The notes beneath the pieces were generated by a model. The model ran no database searches. It was not told the DNA's origin and was given only the letters and a program-made list of their open reading frames with translations. 64,000 nt of DNA, taken from assembly GCA_000004985.1 (NCBI GenBank), contig GG738850.1, one strand, 5' to 3'. Made by a program: the position numbers and the translations under genes. This DNA is from Naegleria gruberi (taxonomy: Eukaryota). This document shows, piece after piece, positions 11,597-23,981 of the stretch. Each line of letters begins with the position of its first letter. Position 1 is the first letter of the stretch.

Positions 11597-11733
11597 TAAG
11601 TAGTAGAATGTTGATCATTTTTTTGCTAATCAACTATTCCAGTAAATTTTATCTTTTAACTAGAAAGGAAAATGAAAATGGTGAATTATTCCTCAAGATG
11701 TGTGAGACTCTCCAAAATGATCAATAAATTTAT

Positions 11734-12437
11734 TTACATTCCTTGAGCCTTGAGAATGAGATTATCTTGATTGGCATCTTCGGCAATTTCTCTTAACAAT
11801 CTAATCAAGTTGATGTACTAAATTAAAGAAATGTTTTTAAAGAATGGAAATACATTTTTGGATATAATTTGAGGTTCTTTTTGATTACTTACATTTTCCT
11901 TAGATGTGACACCAACAACTGATGATTATTAATTTTAAATTTCAATATTCAATAATTAATGTCGTCAGCTCGTATTGGATCATGAAATTACTTACATTTG
12001 GTATCTTCGTCCCATCCATTTCTTTGAATAGAGACTTGCTTTCCTTCCCAAAAGAATACAATGGCAGGACAAGCCTTTACATTGCATTCCAAAGCAAATT
12101 GAATATTTTCTGTTGGATCCAAAATAAATATTTGAGCATAGCTCACAGAATCTCCCATACGAATTTCCTCAAAGCCTTATATTATTTAAATAAATTATTA
12201 AATTCCATCATTGATTATTATTTTTAAATTCCAATAATATTAATGATTTTCATCCCATCATTAAATTCTCCAATTTATGGTTCGATATTAAGAAAACCTA
12301 CACTTTGCTAATCCTCTAGAAATTGGAGAGAATGGTTCAGCAAAACAACAAACGATCAATTTCATGTCTGATTTTGAGAGTAGCGAATCCCGAACTAAAT
12401 CAGAGACATCCCACCGAATAGAAACACTTTCTGTCAT
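11734..12437 (-). CDS. Thioredoxin-fold protein (Dim1/TXNL4-like), 4 exons: 12302..12437, 11996..12175, 11893..11918 (26-nt micro-exon), 11734..11817. About 141 aa.
   Basis: Spliced product MTESVSIRWDVSDLVRDSLLSKSDMKLIVCCFAEPFSPISRGLAKCFEEIRMGDSVSYAQIFILDPTENIQFALECNVKACPAIVFFWEGKQVSIQRNGWDEDTKFVGVTSKENYINLIRLLREIAEDANQDNLILKAQGM. Donors are GTAGGT, GTAAGT, GTAAGT; all phases close. Confidence 0.55.
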
Positions 12438-12552
12438 TTTTTATTATTAATTGAGGTTCTTTGAGATGAAAAGTGTACAATTTTGGCGCCAAAATTTTGG
12501 AATGAAGCGTTTTACTAAGGCCAAGTAAGGAATCGATTCGTTCTTAATGTAA

Positions 12553-12615
12553 TCGGGTGTGGTAGCATTCCAGACTGTCACTCTGGCGACCCGGGTTCAA
12601 TTCCCGGCACTCGAG
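12553..12615 (+). tRNA. tRNA-Asp(GUC)-like element with truncated D-arm; probable pseudogene or tRNA-derived element.
   Basis: Acceptor TCGGGTG pairs with CACTCGA. Anticodon arm is CCAGA-CTGTCAC-TCTGG (anticodon GTC). T-arm is CCGGG-TTCAATT-CCCGG. Only 10 nt lie between acceptor and anticodon stem where about 19 are expected. A T5 run at 12621..12625 follows. Confidence 0.35.
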
Positions 12616-12975
12616 ATTAATTTTTGACACTATCTACAATATTTAAATTTTAACTTTTTCATAATAGGAGGAATGATATATGATCTAGCTAATTTTCAAT
12701 TATCAAAGTTTCAACTTTTAAAACCATCGAGAAAATAATCAAAGATTTGCCACTTTCATTTTCCGTAACAATATCACAACTCGAAACAATTCTATCCACC
12801 AATCTTTAAATTGTCTCAATCCTACTCTCGATGTGCAAGTTCATTCAATAAAAAAACACAATTTCCAAGAAAACAACTATTATTGATTCAAGAGGGTATA
12901 AGCTTTATGAAAAACAAATATAATAGGGTTATAATTTTGAAATATTCAATACATTTAGTTTAAACGTTTATTCAA

Positions 12976-15900
12976 TTAAACACTATAACTTAACATTTCC
13001 ACTTGAGCGTTAGGATCCCCAACTACTGGAACCTCATAGACAGGACCCTTTCTTCTCTTACAACAATCCCACTTCAATTTTAATAAGACAACAATAAAAA
13101 CAAAGACTGTACATAATAAACAAGTGAAACCAAGAATTGTTCCAAGAATTATACCCAAATATCGATCTTCTGCTATTGGTGTGGAAACCTTTACAACCTT
13201 TTCAAGAATATTTTCAATAATCATAGTGCTTGTTGTAGAGTTGCATTTACAAGTTGCGGTAGAGTTGGAGCTCACCACAACAACACAGGATGGATCAACT
13301 CCAACAGTGAAATTCTTAAATGTTCTACATAATAATTCTGAAGATCTATACACTTTTGTAATTACATTTTTGTTTGATTGAGTGGATTTAGTTGTGGAAA
13401 TCAAAGAGTTGCTTGGATAATTCTTGACGTTAGATATTGTCATATTATAAGTGATTGGAGTCAATACATCTGCAGTGGATTCCAATAATTCAAAGAATAA
13501 GACATTGCTTCTAAGAAACATGGTAGAAGATATTGATGTTTCAATCTTAGATGTGTTCACAGTGATGGTGCTATCACTTAACACCACCTTAGCGGCAACA
13601 GTGTCAGAAATACCAAATATATCGTTGGAGGAAATTGAAATAAAGGAAATAGACTTTCTGTTAGATTTTTCGCTCAAGTAGAGAGGCATTTCTGGAGGCA
13701 ACAAAACAACAGCACCTTCAAGTGGTGATGTTAATCTTGATTCAAAACCTGCTCTAAAGAGCTTGTTGGATGAAATTGAAGCAAAGACTGTCTTCAATTG
13801 TAAATCTCTTTCACCAATGTAAATACCTCTCAACATTAAATTAGAAACACGTTTCAGCATTGTGTAGAGAGAACTGAGTTGGTCTGATGCTTGTAACTGA
13901 TTGTATGTAATATAATTGTAGATAGAATTCAAGATATTGGTCAATAACTTGTCAACTCCAAAAGGAACTCTAAGCTCCTTATTATATTCGCAGAATTTAA
14001 GTAAGGTGTTAACAATATCATAGGCCTTTTCCATACTATGTCCATCCAATTCATCATACTTTTCAATCAATGAATCCAAACCGTATGCTTGAAGAGTCAA
14101 GTAGGTTTCTGTAATAATTTCATATGGATTTCTAGCGTCGAATGTTTGAATAAATTCATCCATCAAGGCAACTCTGATTTCCTTATAGGCAGCAAAATCT
14201 TCCTCTGTAACACTGCAATCTGCCTTTTCAAATCCAGATGCACATGAACATCTATTGGTTTCAGTAATAAGAGTTCCTCCATTTTGACAAACGAGCTTCA
14301 CATCTCTTCTTCTTGCACCACTGGTAATCTTTGTTAGCATACCATCAGCGACTCTTGAAATTGTTGCAGAGTTGAAAACCATCTTGGCTGTATCACCATC
14401 TTTGAGTGAATTTTGAATTGTACTGTAAGAGGCAACCTTCTTTTTAACTTCCACGACACTCTTTACAGCTGCAAGATCAATGGTAATGTCCTTTTTGATT
14501 TCAGTGTAGGCACCAGTGGATTTATCTGTTATTCTAATGTATGTGGTGACGATCTTGTTAGAAAGTGGTGTGTATGAACATGGCAGCTTGGTTGAATAGA
14601 CTTCTCCGTTTTGATAAAGTGGAATATTAGCACCTGATTTGTCATCAATAAAACCATAGACCACTTGAAGGGTCTTTTGAGCGTTTTGACAATTGGTACA
14701 TGCGAATGAGAAACTAGTTTCTAAGGCAATACCTGATGAAGGAGAAACAGTGCATGGACAAGCTTGAGGTGGAGCAGCAATTTGGAAAGAGTATGAATAG
14801 ACAGCACTCAATCCATTTCTAATATCAGTTACCTTCAAGGACAAGACATAGGTAGCTCCATCTTCCAACGTTGCAGGATCAATAACAACAGAGTTGGATA
14901 GTGTTGGGCTGGAAGTCATTTTAGAGATAACTGCTTCACCATTTGAAAGTATCTTTGAATTCAAAGTCCATTCTCTGCTAATATACTGATCAATTCCAAC
15001 AGATTCTCCATTGGCAGTGACTGCAAGTTGCAAGTTAACAATATCTTGTTTCAAAATGACAGTCTTAGTTGGGACAACTGAAATAAGTGTAACGGTTGGA
15101 GGAACTTTCTTACTTTCAGGGAAAACAAAATCAAGAGTAGTTTGAACTGATCTTATTCCCTTAACAACCGAGAGGGTTAATTTAAGAGTTGGCATCGAGT
15201 TGTAAACTTTGAGGTCAGCTGAGGAAATTAAAGGTCTAACAGTTCTATCATTTGAATACGAGATAAGGGCAGAATCAATAGTTGTTCCACACCCAACATT
15301 ATTAGTTGCATCGAAGCAAGACCATGTCCATGTTTCAGCCTCAGATGTGACATCAGGATCAACAAGATTGACAACAATAGTACCCATATCGGAAGATACT
15401 TCATCACTATATAAAATTAAGCTCAAAGGGCTTGGTCTAACAGTAATCTTAATGGTGTCGGATGCAGTCGAAAGAGGATTCACCACTGAAGTTACAGTGA
15501 TTTTGAATTCATAGACGGCTTCAACCAGACCAGAAAAGTGGGTGACTGCCAAGTTGTTAAACTTGTCTGTTTCAAAAGTTGTAACTGGACCTGATAATTG
15601 TTCCCAGACAATGTTTAATTGTTGGTTTGGATAGAAGCAACTTGGAAGCTCCAAATGCTTCTTAATGACAACAGGAGATTCATACTTGATAATAGTTCTG
15701 TCATTGAAACCAATAATGTATAGCACTGGAAGTGGAACGGCTGCCTTTGAAACACTCCAAATACTCATAGTACTGACCTTTCCAGATATTGAGCTTTCTA
15801 CTTGAAGACCGAACTTGTACTCACCAGGATATTGCATTGCAATGTAATCAAGAGACAAAACTGAGGTGTTAGGCATAGAGACAGAAAGGAAATTACTTGG

Positions 15901-18900
15901 AGAAGAAACAATTGTCCAATAATATTTCAATGGCTTTCTATCTCCAGAATAAGAAGCAGAGGCATCCAGACTAAAGTTATCGCAAGTACCAATATTATTC
16001 AGACCAGAAAAGACGACAACTGGTATTGCTGGATTATCGGCATTCAAAACATATACATCTTGTAAATCAGTACCACTGGCATCAAATACCAGTCTATTCA
16101 TTCCAACAACTGCTCCTGGCATTAAGGAATAATCATCTCCAAAGAGAATTGTAAATTCACCACTACCTCTATTTGTCCACATGCATACAGGACCAGTACC
16201 AAACAAGGATAATTGGGAGCTTGAAATTAATCTTGAACAATCAACTTTTGATTGAGTATAAGAAGCAGGACCAATAACTTTGAAAACAATGCCATTAAAC
16301 ATGTCCAAGAATTTGGCAGGACCGAATATTTGAGTTGAACATTGTGAACCATAATAACCAGTTTGACACTTGTTACAATTGGATCCTTCCCAATACCCTT
16401 CAGTTGGACTAGCATAACAAGAGCATGTTCCATTATTGGTACAATCTCCATGGTTAGAACATGTTGTTGATTTTTCACAAAATGTTCCACAATCAGAATT
16501 AGGATTGTAATAGTTGGTCTTGCAAACGGAACAGAACTTTCCGTCCCAATTACCATTGCAAACACATTGGAGAGCTGAATTACAATAGCCATGTTGGTTA
16601 CAAGTAGTAGCAGGATCACACTTGAGCTTCTTACATCCTGTTAATTCAGTTTCATAGTCAAGTCTACAAACATCACAATAGGTTCCTTGCCAATAACCAT
16701 CTTGATTATTTTGATTGCAAGAACATGTGTTGTAATCTGTACAATTACCCTGTCCACTGCAGACACCAGATTGATCGAACCTAATATTATTACAAGTGTA
16801 ATATTGACAATAATCACCAGAGTATCCTGTACTGCATTGGCATCCAGTGGAACTACAAATACCCTTTCCATTACATACTCTTGAGTCTGTTGAAACAACA
16901 AATGTATTCTCCTTACTCAAACATTGAAGATATTGACATTGATTTCCAGTGACTTTAGAAAGAGCAGTTGGAGCTGGGCAATTACATACATTAGGTGATG
17001 AACAGACACCTTTTCCACTACAAACATTGGAATCATTTGCAGGCTTTCCAAAACAAACTGGAATTTCACATGTGGCTCCAATGTATCCATTATTGCAAGA
17101 GCAAGTATTTGGAGCTGTGCAGGTTCCATTTGAGCTTGAACAAACTTTTGAATTATTAGCTAAAATTCCAAAACAGATTGGAATATCACAAGTAAAGCCA
17201 GTATATCCTGAAATGCATTGGCAAGAATCTGGAGCTGAACAAATCCCTTTTCCTGAACAAACTGAACTTGAATTTGACAGAATGTCATAACATTTTTTGT
17301 GTTCACAGGCCTCTCCTGCATAACCTTGTTTGCAGGTGCAATTGTTTTGACCTACACAATAGCCATTACCTGAACAAGCTTGAGGGTTCAAGCTTGCGAT
17401 TCCGTAGCAAGTAAAAGTACCTGGAATGATAAACTCACAATTATCTCCATAAAATCCTGCGAGACAACTGCAATTATTGACAGATACACATGCACCTCTG
17501 GATGAGCAAACAGAAGAAGAATTGAACATGGTTCCATTGCAGGTATGATGTTGGCAGTCATTACCAGTGTAGTTCTTGTTGCAAGAACAAACACCAGATA
17601 GACAAATACCATTAAAGGAACAAACTGATGGATCTTCGGCTGTTTTACCATTGCATTTCACATTTTGGCAATCATTTCCGTATGTTGAGGAATTACAATT
17701 ACAAACTCCTGAAATGCATTGACCTGCATAAGAACAAACAGATGGATCTTCAGCAGTCTTTCCATTACATTTGATAAATTGACAGTCATTACCATAGTTG
17801 GAGGAAGAGCAGGTACAAGCTCCTTGATAACAAGTGCCATTGGAGGAACAAACACTTGGATCGACTGCTGTTTTTCCATTACATTTCATGAGTTGACAGT
17901 CAGATCCGTAAGTGGTGGCGTTACAGCTACATGTTCCAGAAATACATTGACCTGCATAAGAACAAACAGAGGGATCTTCAGCAGTTTTACCATTACATTT
18001 GATAAATTGGCAATCATTACCGTAGTTAGTTGAAGAACAGGTACAAACACCTGAGGAGCATGTTCCATTCGATGAACATACTGTTGCGTTTTCTGCTGTT
18101 TTTCCATTACATTTCAAGAATTGACAATCGTTACCATATGTAGTTGAATTACAATTACACACTCCAGAAATACATTGACCAGATGAGGAGCAAACAGTGG
18201 AATCATTAATCATCTTTCCATTGCACTTCAACATTTCACATTGGTTACCATAAACAGTTGAGTTTACACAGGAACAAACGTCCTGAGCAATGCAAGAACC
18301 CATTCCACTGCAAACACTTTGACTACCGGCAGAAATTCCAAAACATGTAAAGAGACTTCCTGAACAATCATTTCCAAAGAATCCTGTATTGCAAGTGCAA
18401 TTATCAGTTGAAATGCAAGAACCATGGCCAGAGCAAACTAGAGTTTCATTGCTCATGACACCACTACATTTCCAAACTTCACAATCAGATCCATAAAAAC
18501 CAGAAGAACAATTACAAGTGCCAGTTAATGCATTACAATCACCACGTGAATGACAAACTGAAGAATCATTGGCAAACTTTCCATTACACTTGGAAAACTC
18601 GCATTCATTACCGTAGAAATCAGATCTGCAAGCACAAGTGTCCAATCTGATGCAATCACCTCTGGAATTACAAACTGAAGAATCATTGGCAAGCTTTCCA
18701 AAGCAAGATGGCTTATCACAGAGAGGACCTGTCCATCCTGGCTCACATTGACACTTATCAGTGCCAACACAAGAGCCATGTACACAACCTGGATTACAAG
18801 ACAAACTACAATTTGCAGTTATGATACCATCTTCACATTGACACAAATTATTGCCAGCACAAATACCATGACCACTGCAATAATTCAAAGCGCTGCAATC

Positions 18901-20020
18901 AAATTGATCACCAACATAGAGAGACGCAGTTGTAAAAGCAGCATTTTCACAAGCATACTTGTAGGCAAGTTTTCTTCTTGGATGGGAGCAAACATTTGTT
19001 CCCTTTCCACCCATTCCATGATAGGCACCTGTTTGACTTCCACCAATACCAATGTAGGCATCAAGTTTTCCACTCTCAACACAAGAGGCATTTGAAGAGG
19101 TTACAACACCAAATCTCACTTTCAAATAATTACTATTTCCCATGTTGAATCCAATTAATTTGTTGGCACAATATTTGGCAGATGTGTAATCTGGAGCTAG
19201 AGAATAGAAATTTCTAGCAGTTCTCAAAGATCCTGGAACTACTCTGGATTGATAAGTTTCATCAGAGAACGCTTCTAACAATGACTTTTTGTTAACTGTA
19301 AAAACAGCAGTATTGGTCTTGTTAGACTCGACAATGAATCCGTCATGATCCAAAACAAAAGCTGTCTTAACTGTTGTCATTTTCAAAGAGTGAGCAACAT
19401 GTTTAGTAAAAGCCAAAGTCTTCAAATTAGTATATTGATATCCAATACTTCCAACTGTGGCGTTATTGGTCCAATATTGACTAGAATAGGAGAAGGTTGC
19501 ATCAGATCCATCCTTCAAATCCAAAGCAAGAGCCCAAGCACCTATATTTTAACACAAAGGAGCCTTGTTAAATATGAAGAAGGAATAATAACATACCCTT
19601 TGATGAAACATCAAACAAGCACTTGGTTTGATAAGTAACCTTATTGTTATTTCCATCCAAAAGGAACAAGTAGAACAAGTTTCCAGAGATACTTGACACT
19701 GACTCTCCCTTACTCAAATAATAATCTCTGATGGCACCACAACTTACAGCAGCGGTATCAGCAGAAGATCCATTAGAGACTTTCAATTTGAGTGTAGTAA
19801 AAGAATCAATCATCCACTGACCCAAATTATCGGAAGGAGAAGAAGCAGCAATTATAGAACAGTTAAATAAAACAATTAATGCAATAATGGCCATAATCAT
19901 GGAGGCGCTTAATAAATTGGAGAATGATTTCTTCAACCTATTGAAACCACCATCATCATCACAGCGTTGAACTTTGTTGCTCAAATGAGGACACGTAAAA
20001 TGTCCCCTCATTGAATTCAT
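12976..20020 (-). CDS. Very large tenascin-type EGF-repeat transmembrane surface protein, about 2330 aa. Exon 1 is 19597..20020, intron 19542..19596, exon 2 is 12976..19541.
   Basis: Exon 1 has an N-terminal hydrophobic segment MIMAIIALIVLFNCSIIAA and ends at a GTATGT donor. ATAG acceptor; G + GT gives GGT in phase. Exon 2 has roughly 30 cysteine-rich repeats of form CNGK(T/M)xxDxSVCSxxGxCxxGxCxCxxxxYGxDCQ, laminin-EGF-like modules, a long beta-rich ectodomain, a C-terminal TM (ILGTILGFTCLLCTVFVFIVVLL) and a short cytoplasmic tail. Confidence 0.75.
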
Positions 20021-20398
20021 TTTTTTTTACACTTGAATCTTTGCAATTTGCGCGGGAGGAAAGGATGCAAATGTTTTTGGTCTTAATTTCCCAAAGGAAA
20101 CATACTTGCTGAATATAAAGCATGGAGACGAAGAAAGATTCTGAAAAAGTTAAGGCTGTCTTGTTTCTTGCTTCGTAATAATCGTTGAAAAAATAACAAC
20201 TTTTTTCCTTAATTATTTTGTGTACAATTAAGAACTGAAGGTGATTAAGGTAAGCTTTACTTTTATAATGGACCCTCCTCATCCCGCCAAAATACTCTCT
20301 AATGAAAAGTCATCATATGCGAGTCTTAATTAAAAAAAATACCTCTGAGAGAGTACACCCACCACAATCAATAATATATTTTCATACCTCGCGAAATT
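20021..20398. promoter_or_regulatory. Shared 378-bp divergent intergenic/promoter region between the two EGF-repeat paralogs.
   Basis: Head-to-head start codons at 20020 (-) and 20399 (+). Confidence 0.4.
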
Positions 20399-23300
20399 AT
20401 GCAAATATCATCACGGAATGTGTTTGTTGTGGTATTGTTGGTAATTGGTTTATTGTCCAATAATGTTTATTCCTTTAATGCTTCAGTGTGCCCCACTTTC
20501 AATAGCCAAGCGTGTAATGGTGCCGCCTTATTGAATCCGTGTGCTTCTGGTGGTGAAGAAACAAATTATTGTGACTGTTTTGGATTTGGGAGTGGCGGGT
20601 TTTCAGCCTTTTATGGAGGTGTTGCATGTGAAACCTTTCAATGCTATAAAGTAGACATGCATATTGGAATTGGTCTGTACGACCAATATATTTGTTCAAA
20701 TAATGGAGATTGCATTGGACCCAATAGTTGTCAGTGTAATCAAGGTTATACTGGTTACAAATGTCAATACTCTATTGCAGATATTTCTTGTTTTAACTTA
20801 CCCGCAAATAGTTCTACTGTCTGTAGTGGAAAAGGAAAGTGTACACATCCGAATGAATGCCTTTGTAATAAGGGATATGAAGGTTTAAATTGTGAAAAGT
20901 TTAGATGTTATGGTCATTTGAACTCGGATTCGAATGCTTGTAGTGGGAAAGGAAAGTGTATAGATTGGAATGTCTGCGATTGTGACAACGGAAATTCTGG
21001 AAAAAATTGTGAACTAGTGTCCACTGTTGGTAGCTCCATTCAAAGAGTATGTTTTGGAATACCTAACACTAACAATTCGGTCTGCAATAACCGTGGTGTT
21101 TGTGTTGGACCTGATTCCTGTGTATGTAATCCAGGATATTTTGGATCTGAATGTGAACATTCCTTCTGTTTTTCTATTCCTCAAAATGACTCATCTGTTT
21201 GTAATGGCAGAGGCTTTTGTAATGAAAAAGATTCATGTAATTGCCTTTCTCAACTCTCAAATGTTCTGATTTCAGGAAGTGAATGTGAATATTTACAGTG
21301 CAAGGGAACTTTTGGCCAATACTATTTCTCTACAGATAGTACCAATGTATGCTCTGGAAATGGAATTTGCACCCTAAACGGTTGTAACTGTACTGAAGGG
21401 TACTCTGGAGAATTTTGTCAAGATTATTTCTGTGGTGGTGTCCCAAATTACAGTCCATCGTCATGCTCTGGACATGGTAACTGTATTGCTCCAGATGATT
21501 GTTCTTGCTATACTAATTCAACTCATGGTTTTTGGATAGGATCTGATTGCAGTGTTTGTGATTCATCTCACCATGGATCTGACTGTTTGTCCAGTGTCAA
21601 CTGTGACAGATATGAAACTTGTAATGGCCAGGGAAATTGCTCTTCAAATCATACATGCCTTTGTGATGATGGATTCGAGGGAGAATTCTGTGATGAATGC
21701 TCAAATGATAGATATGGTTGGGATTGTAAGCAGTTTTGTTCAAGAATTTCAAGCTGCTATGGTCACGGTGAGTGTTCCAGAGATGGCCAGGTATGTGAAT
21801 GTGATTATTCCCAAAGCACTGGTTTTTGGAAAGGAAATAATTGCTCCTCTTGTGCTGATGGTTTTTTTGGAGACGATTGTTTGACAAAGGTTGGATCAAC
21901 CTTTGAGTTTAATTCCCTAGGAAATGAGATTTACTTTGATTTGAATGGTCCTTCAACCTATCTTGGTGGTGTTGTTGATTGTTCAACCCTCTTATCCTCT
22001 TCCTCTTACTCATCTATTGGAAGTTCATTAGCTAAATGTATTTTCAAAACTCCTTTAATTCCATCAAGAATTTCTATAGAGCTTGCAAGCACATCAACTA
22101 TTAAGCCAGGCGACTCCTTGGAGGTTAATTTGAAAGTTTTTGATGCACAACATCTACCAAGATCTCTCTCCACACTCTCATGTTCAGCATCTAATATATC
22201 TTCTCCTATTGCTGAAATTGTTTACCACAACACCTTAGTGAGATATTCTGAAAATTTGGTTCTTACAGGAAGAAATAGATTAGGTATTCCTCGTGAACGC
22301 GTATTGTTCTATGAGTGGACTTTAATTTCAAGTACCTCTTCTTTTAATTCTCTTTCTAGTGTTGTGTCGTCAGGATCAGGTCTAGGAAAATCAGTTCTCA
22401 ATATTTCTAACACGGATTTACCAGATAACAATGCATTTGCAATTCAACTTAAAGTGAAACACCCAGACTTTAACTTGTGGAGTAATTATGTAATCGTTAA
22501 CTTTACAAAAGAAGATCAACCAATAGTTCAATCACCGTACAAAAAATATGAAGTGTATATATATCCTCCTTTAGACCCCTATTATGTGACAGAGTTTGTT
22601 TTTCCAATCACTGTTCCGTATCAAGTTTTGGAAGATGGTGTTCCAGTGGATACTTCTTCATTTACTGCAATTAGTTGGACATTTGATCCAGATATTCAAG
22701 CAAGTGGGCAGAGTATTTTTACAGTGGATACAACAACAAATGGTGTACTTTCTTTTGATGCAACCATTAGTGAAATGGAAAATACTATTGTCACAGTTAA
22801 ATGTGACGTTATAGAAAACAATGTTGTATTAACATCCAGTTCTTTCAAAATCAAATCTGTTGCAGAGTATAAACCTTCTCTCAAAACAAATGAGACAGAT
22901 TATGGGGTTTTCTTTAATATTGGATCTTTGAAGGGAATGCCATTACAGCAGAGCTATTGGGAATGTCACGCACCAACACAGCACCAGGGAAAATGTGAAC
23001 CTGAAATCGAGGCTTTCTTCAAAGATGCAACTAACAAGAAAAGCGTCTTTATTCCTAATGAATATTTATACAAGTACAAAGTACTTTATTATGCTCGTGT
23101 TTCAATGGTTGTTAATGGGGCTCATTATAAGGGACAAGCGGATGCTTTTGGTAAAAAGGGTTTAGAAATCTTAAAGATTGGAAATGAAGATGTAAAGCAT
23201 TATGTCTATTTGAGTAGAACGCAACAAACTAACTACATTTTGTACTATGACAACACAAGACAATCAATGACAAGCCCTCCTTCATATTCAATGTTTGATG

Positions 23301-23971
23301 AGCTTGGAAATAACATTACAGATATTCTTGTTTTGGATGCAACAAACAAACGTATTATAATCAATCCTACCGCAATACCATCTCAATCAACTTTATTAAC
23401 CTTGTCCCTTACTGACACTTATGGAAGCATGATTTATAAGAAAAACCTTCATGCATTTGTTGACATGCTCCCTAAATCAAATTGTACTGTTAAAATTGCT
23501 GAACATCCGGTTACAGTTAGTGTTTTTAATGGAATACTCTACTTTTACAATATTACAGTAGCATGTGTAACTTCTTCAAAATTGCCAACAGTTAAAGTGT
23601 ATTTGAAGAACCAAAATACCGAACTATTCGTATGTGATTTTGATCCACTATTGCTTCCAAGTCAATCTTGCTACATTCTACTTCCAGAATTGATTGGACC
23701 AACAGATGTGTTTGCCAATGTTACTCATGCAACCCAGGAATTGGTTGCCCTATTACCTGTTGCAGAAGTAAGTGAATTGATTCCTATTGGAAGTCTAAGA
23801 GAAAGACAAACAACTCCCTCAGCAGATATTGATTCTCTTCAACAAATGTTCTACCAATATTTTGCCAATCCAAGAGATGTTGAAAACACATCTATGTTAC
23901 TTCAAACTCAAATCAAAAAACTGCTCTACTTACACTACCCAGAAAAGGAGCTTTCGTATCCAAATCTCTAA
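20399..23971 (+). CDS. Secreted tenascin-type EGF-repeat protein (1190 aa), paralog of the adjacent minus-strand giant.
   Basis: Signal peptide MQISSRNVFVVVLLVIGLLSNNVYSF. EGF/laminin-EGF modules. Its CDxxHHGSDC...CDDGFEGEFCDECSNDRYGWDCKQFC...FWKGNNCSSCADGFFGDDC...GPSTYLGGVVDCSTL block parallels the CDVCRLDYE...CSVCKTNYY...YWEGSNCNKCQTGYYGSQC...GPASYTQSKVDCSRL block of the neighbour. No C-terminal TM. Confidence 0.75.
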   Translation: MQISSRNVFVVVLLVIGLLSNNVYSFNASVCPTFNSQACNGAALLNPCASGGEETNYCDCFGFGSGGFSAFYGGVACETFQCYKVDMHIGIGLYDQYICSNNGDCIGPNSCQCNQGYTGYKCQYSIADISCFNLPANSSTVCSGKGKCTHPNECLCNKGYEGLNCEKFRCYGHLNSDSNACSGKGKCIDWNVCDCDNGNSGKNCELVSTVGSSIQRVCFGIPNTNNSVCNNRGVCVGPDSCVCNPGYFGSECEHSFCFSIPQNDSSVCNGRGFCNEKDSCNCLSQLSNVLISGSECEYLQCKGTFGQYYFSTDSTNVCSGNGICTLNGCNCTEGYSGEFCQDYFCGGVPNYSPSSCSGHGNCIAPDDCSCYTNSTHGFWIGSDCSVCDSSHHGSDCLSSVNCDRYETCNGQGNCSSNHTCLCDDGFEGEFCDECSNDRYGWDCKQFCSRISSCYGHGECSRDGQVCECDYSQSTGFWKGNNCSSCADGFFGDDCLTKVGSTFEFNSLGNEIYFDLNGPSTYLGGVVDCSTLLSSSSYSSIGSSLAKCIFKTPLIPSRISIELASTSTIKPGDSLEVNLKVFDAQHLPRSLSTLSCSASNISSPIAEIVYHNTLVRYSENLVLTGRNRLGIPRERVLFYEWTLISSTSSFNSLSSVVSSGSGLGKSVLNISNTDLPDNNAFAIQLKVKHPDFNLWSNYVIVNFTKEDQPIVQSPYKKYEVYIYPPLDPYYVTEFVFPITVPYQVLEDGVPVDTSSFTAISWTFDPDIQASGQSIFTVDTTTNGVLSFDATISEMENTIVTVKCDVIENNVVLTSSSFKIKSVAEYKPSLKTNETDYGVFFNIGSLKGMPLQQSYWECHAPTQHQGKCEPEIEAFFKDATNKKSVFIPNEYLYKYKVLYYARVSMVVNGAHYKGQADAFGKKGLEILKIGNEDVKHYVYLSRTQQTNYILYYDNTRQSMTSPPSYSMFDELGNNITDILVLDATNKRIIINPTAIPSQSTLLTLSLTDTYGSMIYKKNLHAFVDMLPKSNCTVKIAEHPVTVSVFNGILYFYNITVACVTSSKLPTVKVYLKNQNTELFVCDFDPLLLPSQSCYILLPELIGPTDVFANVTHATQELVALLPVAEVSELIPIGSLRERQTTPSADIDSLQQMFYQYFANPRDVENTSMLLQTQIKKLLYLHYPEKELSYPNL

Positions 23972-23981
23972 TCATAAAATT

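Noticed and set aside
13124-19095. About twenty 60-130-aa ORFs on both strands inside the 6.5-kb EGF-repeat exon
   Set aside because: These are shadow ORFs inside or antisense to a long CDS with biased Cys/Gly/Asn codons. None has independent support.
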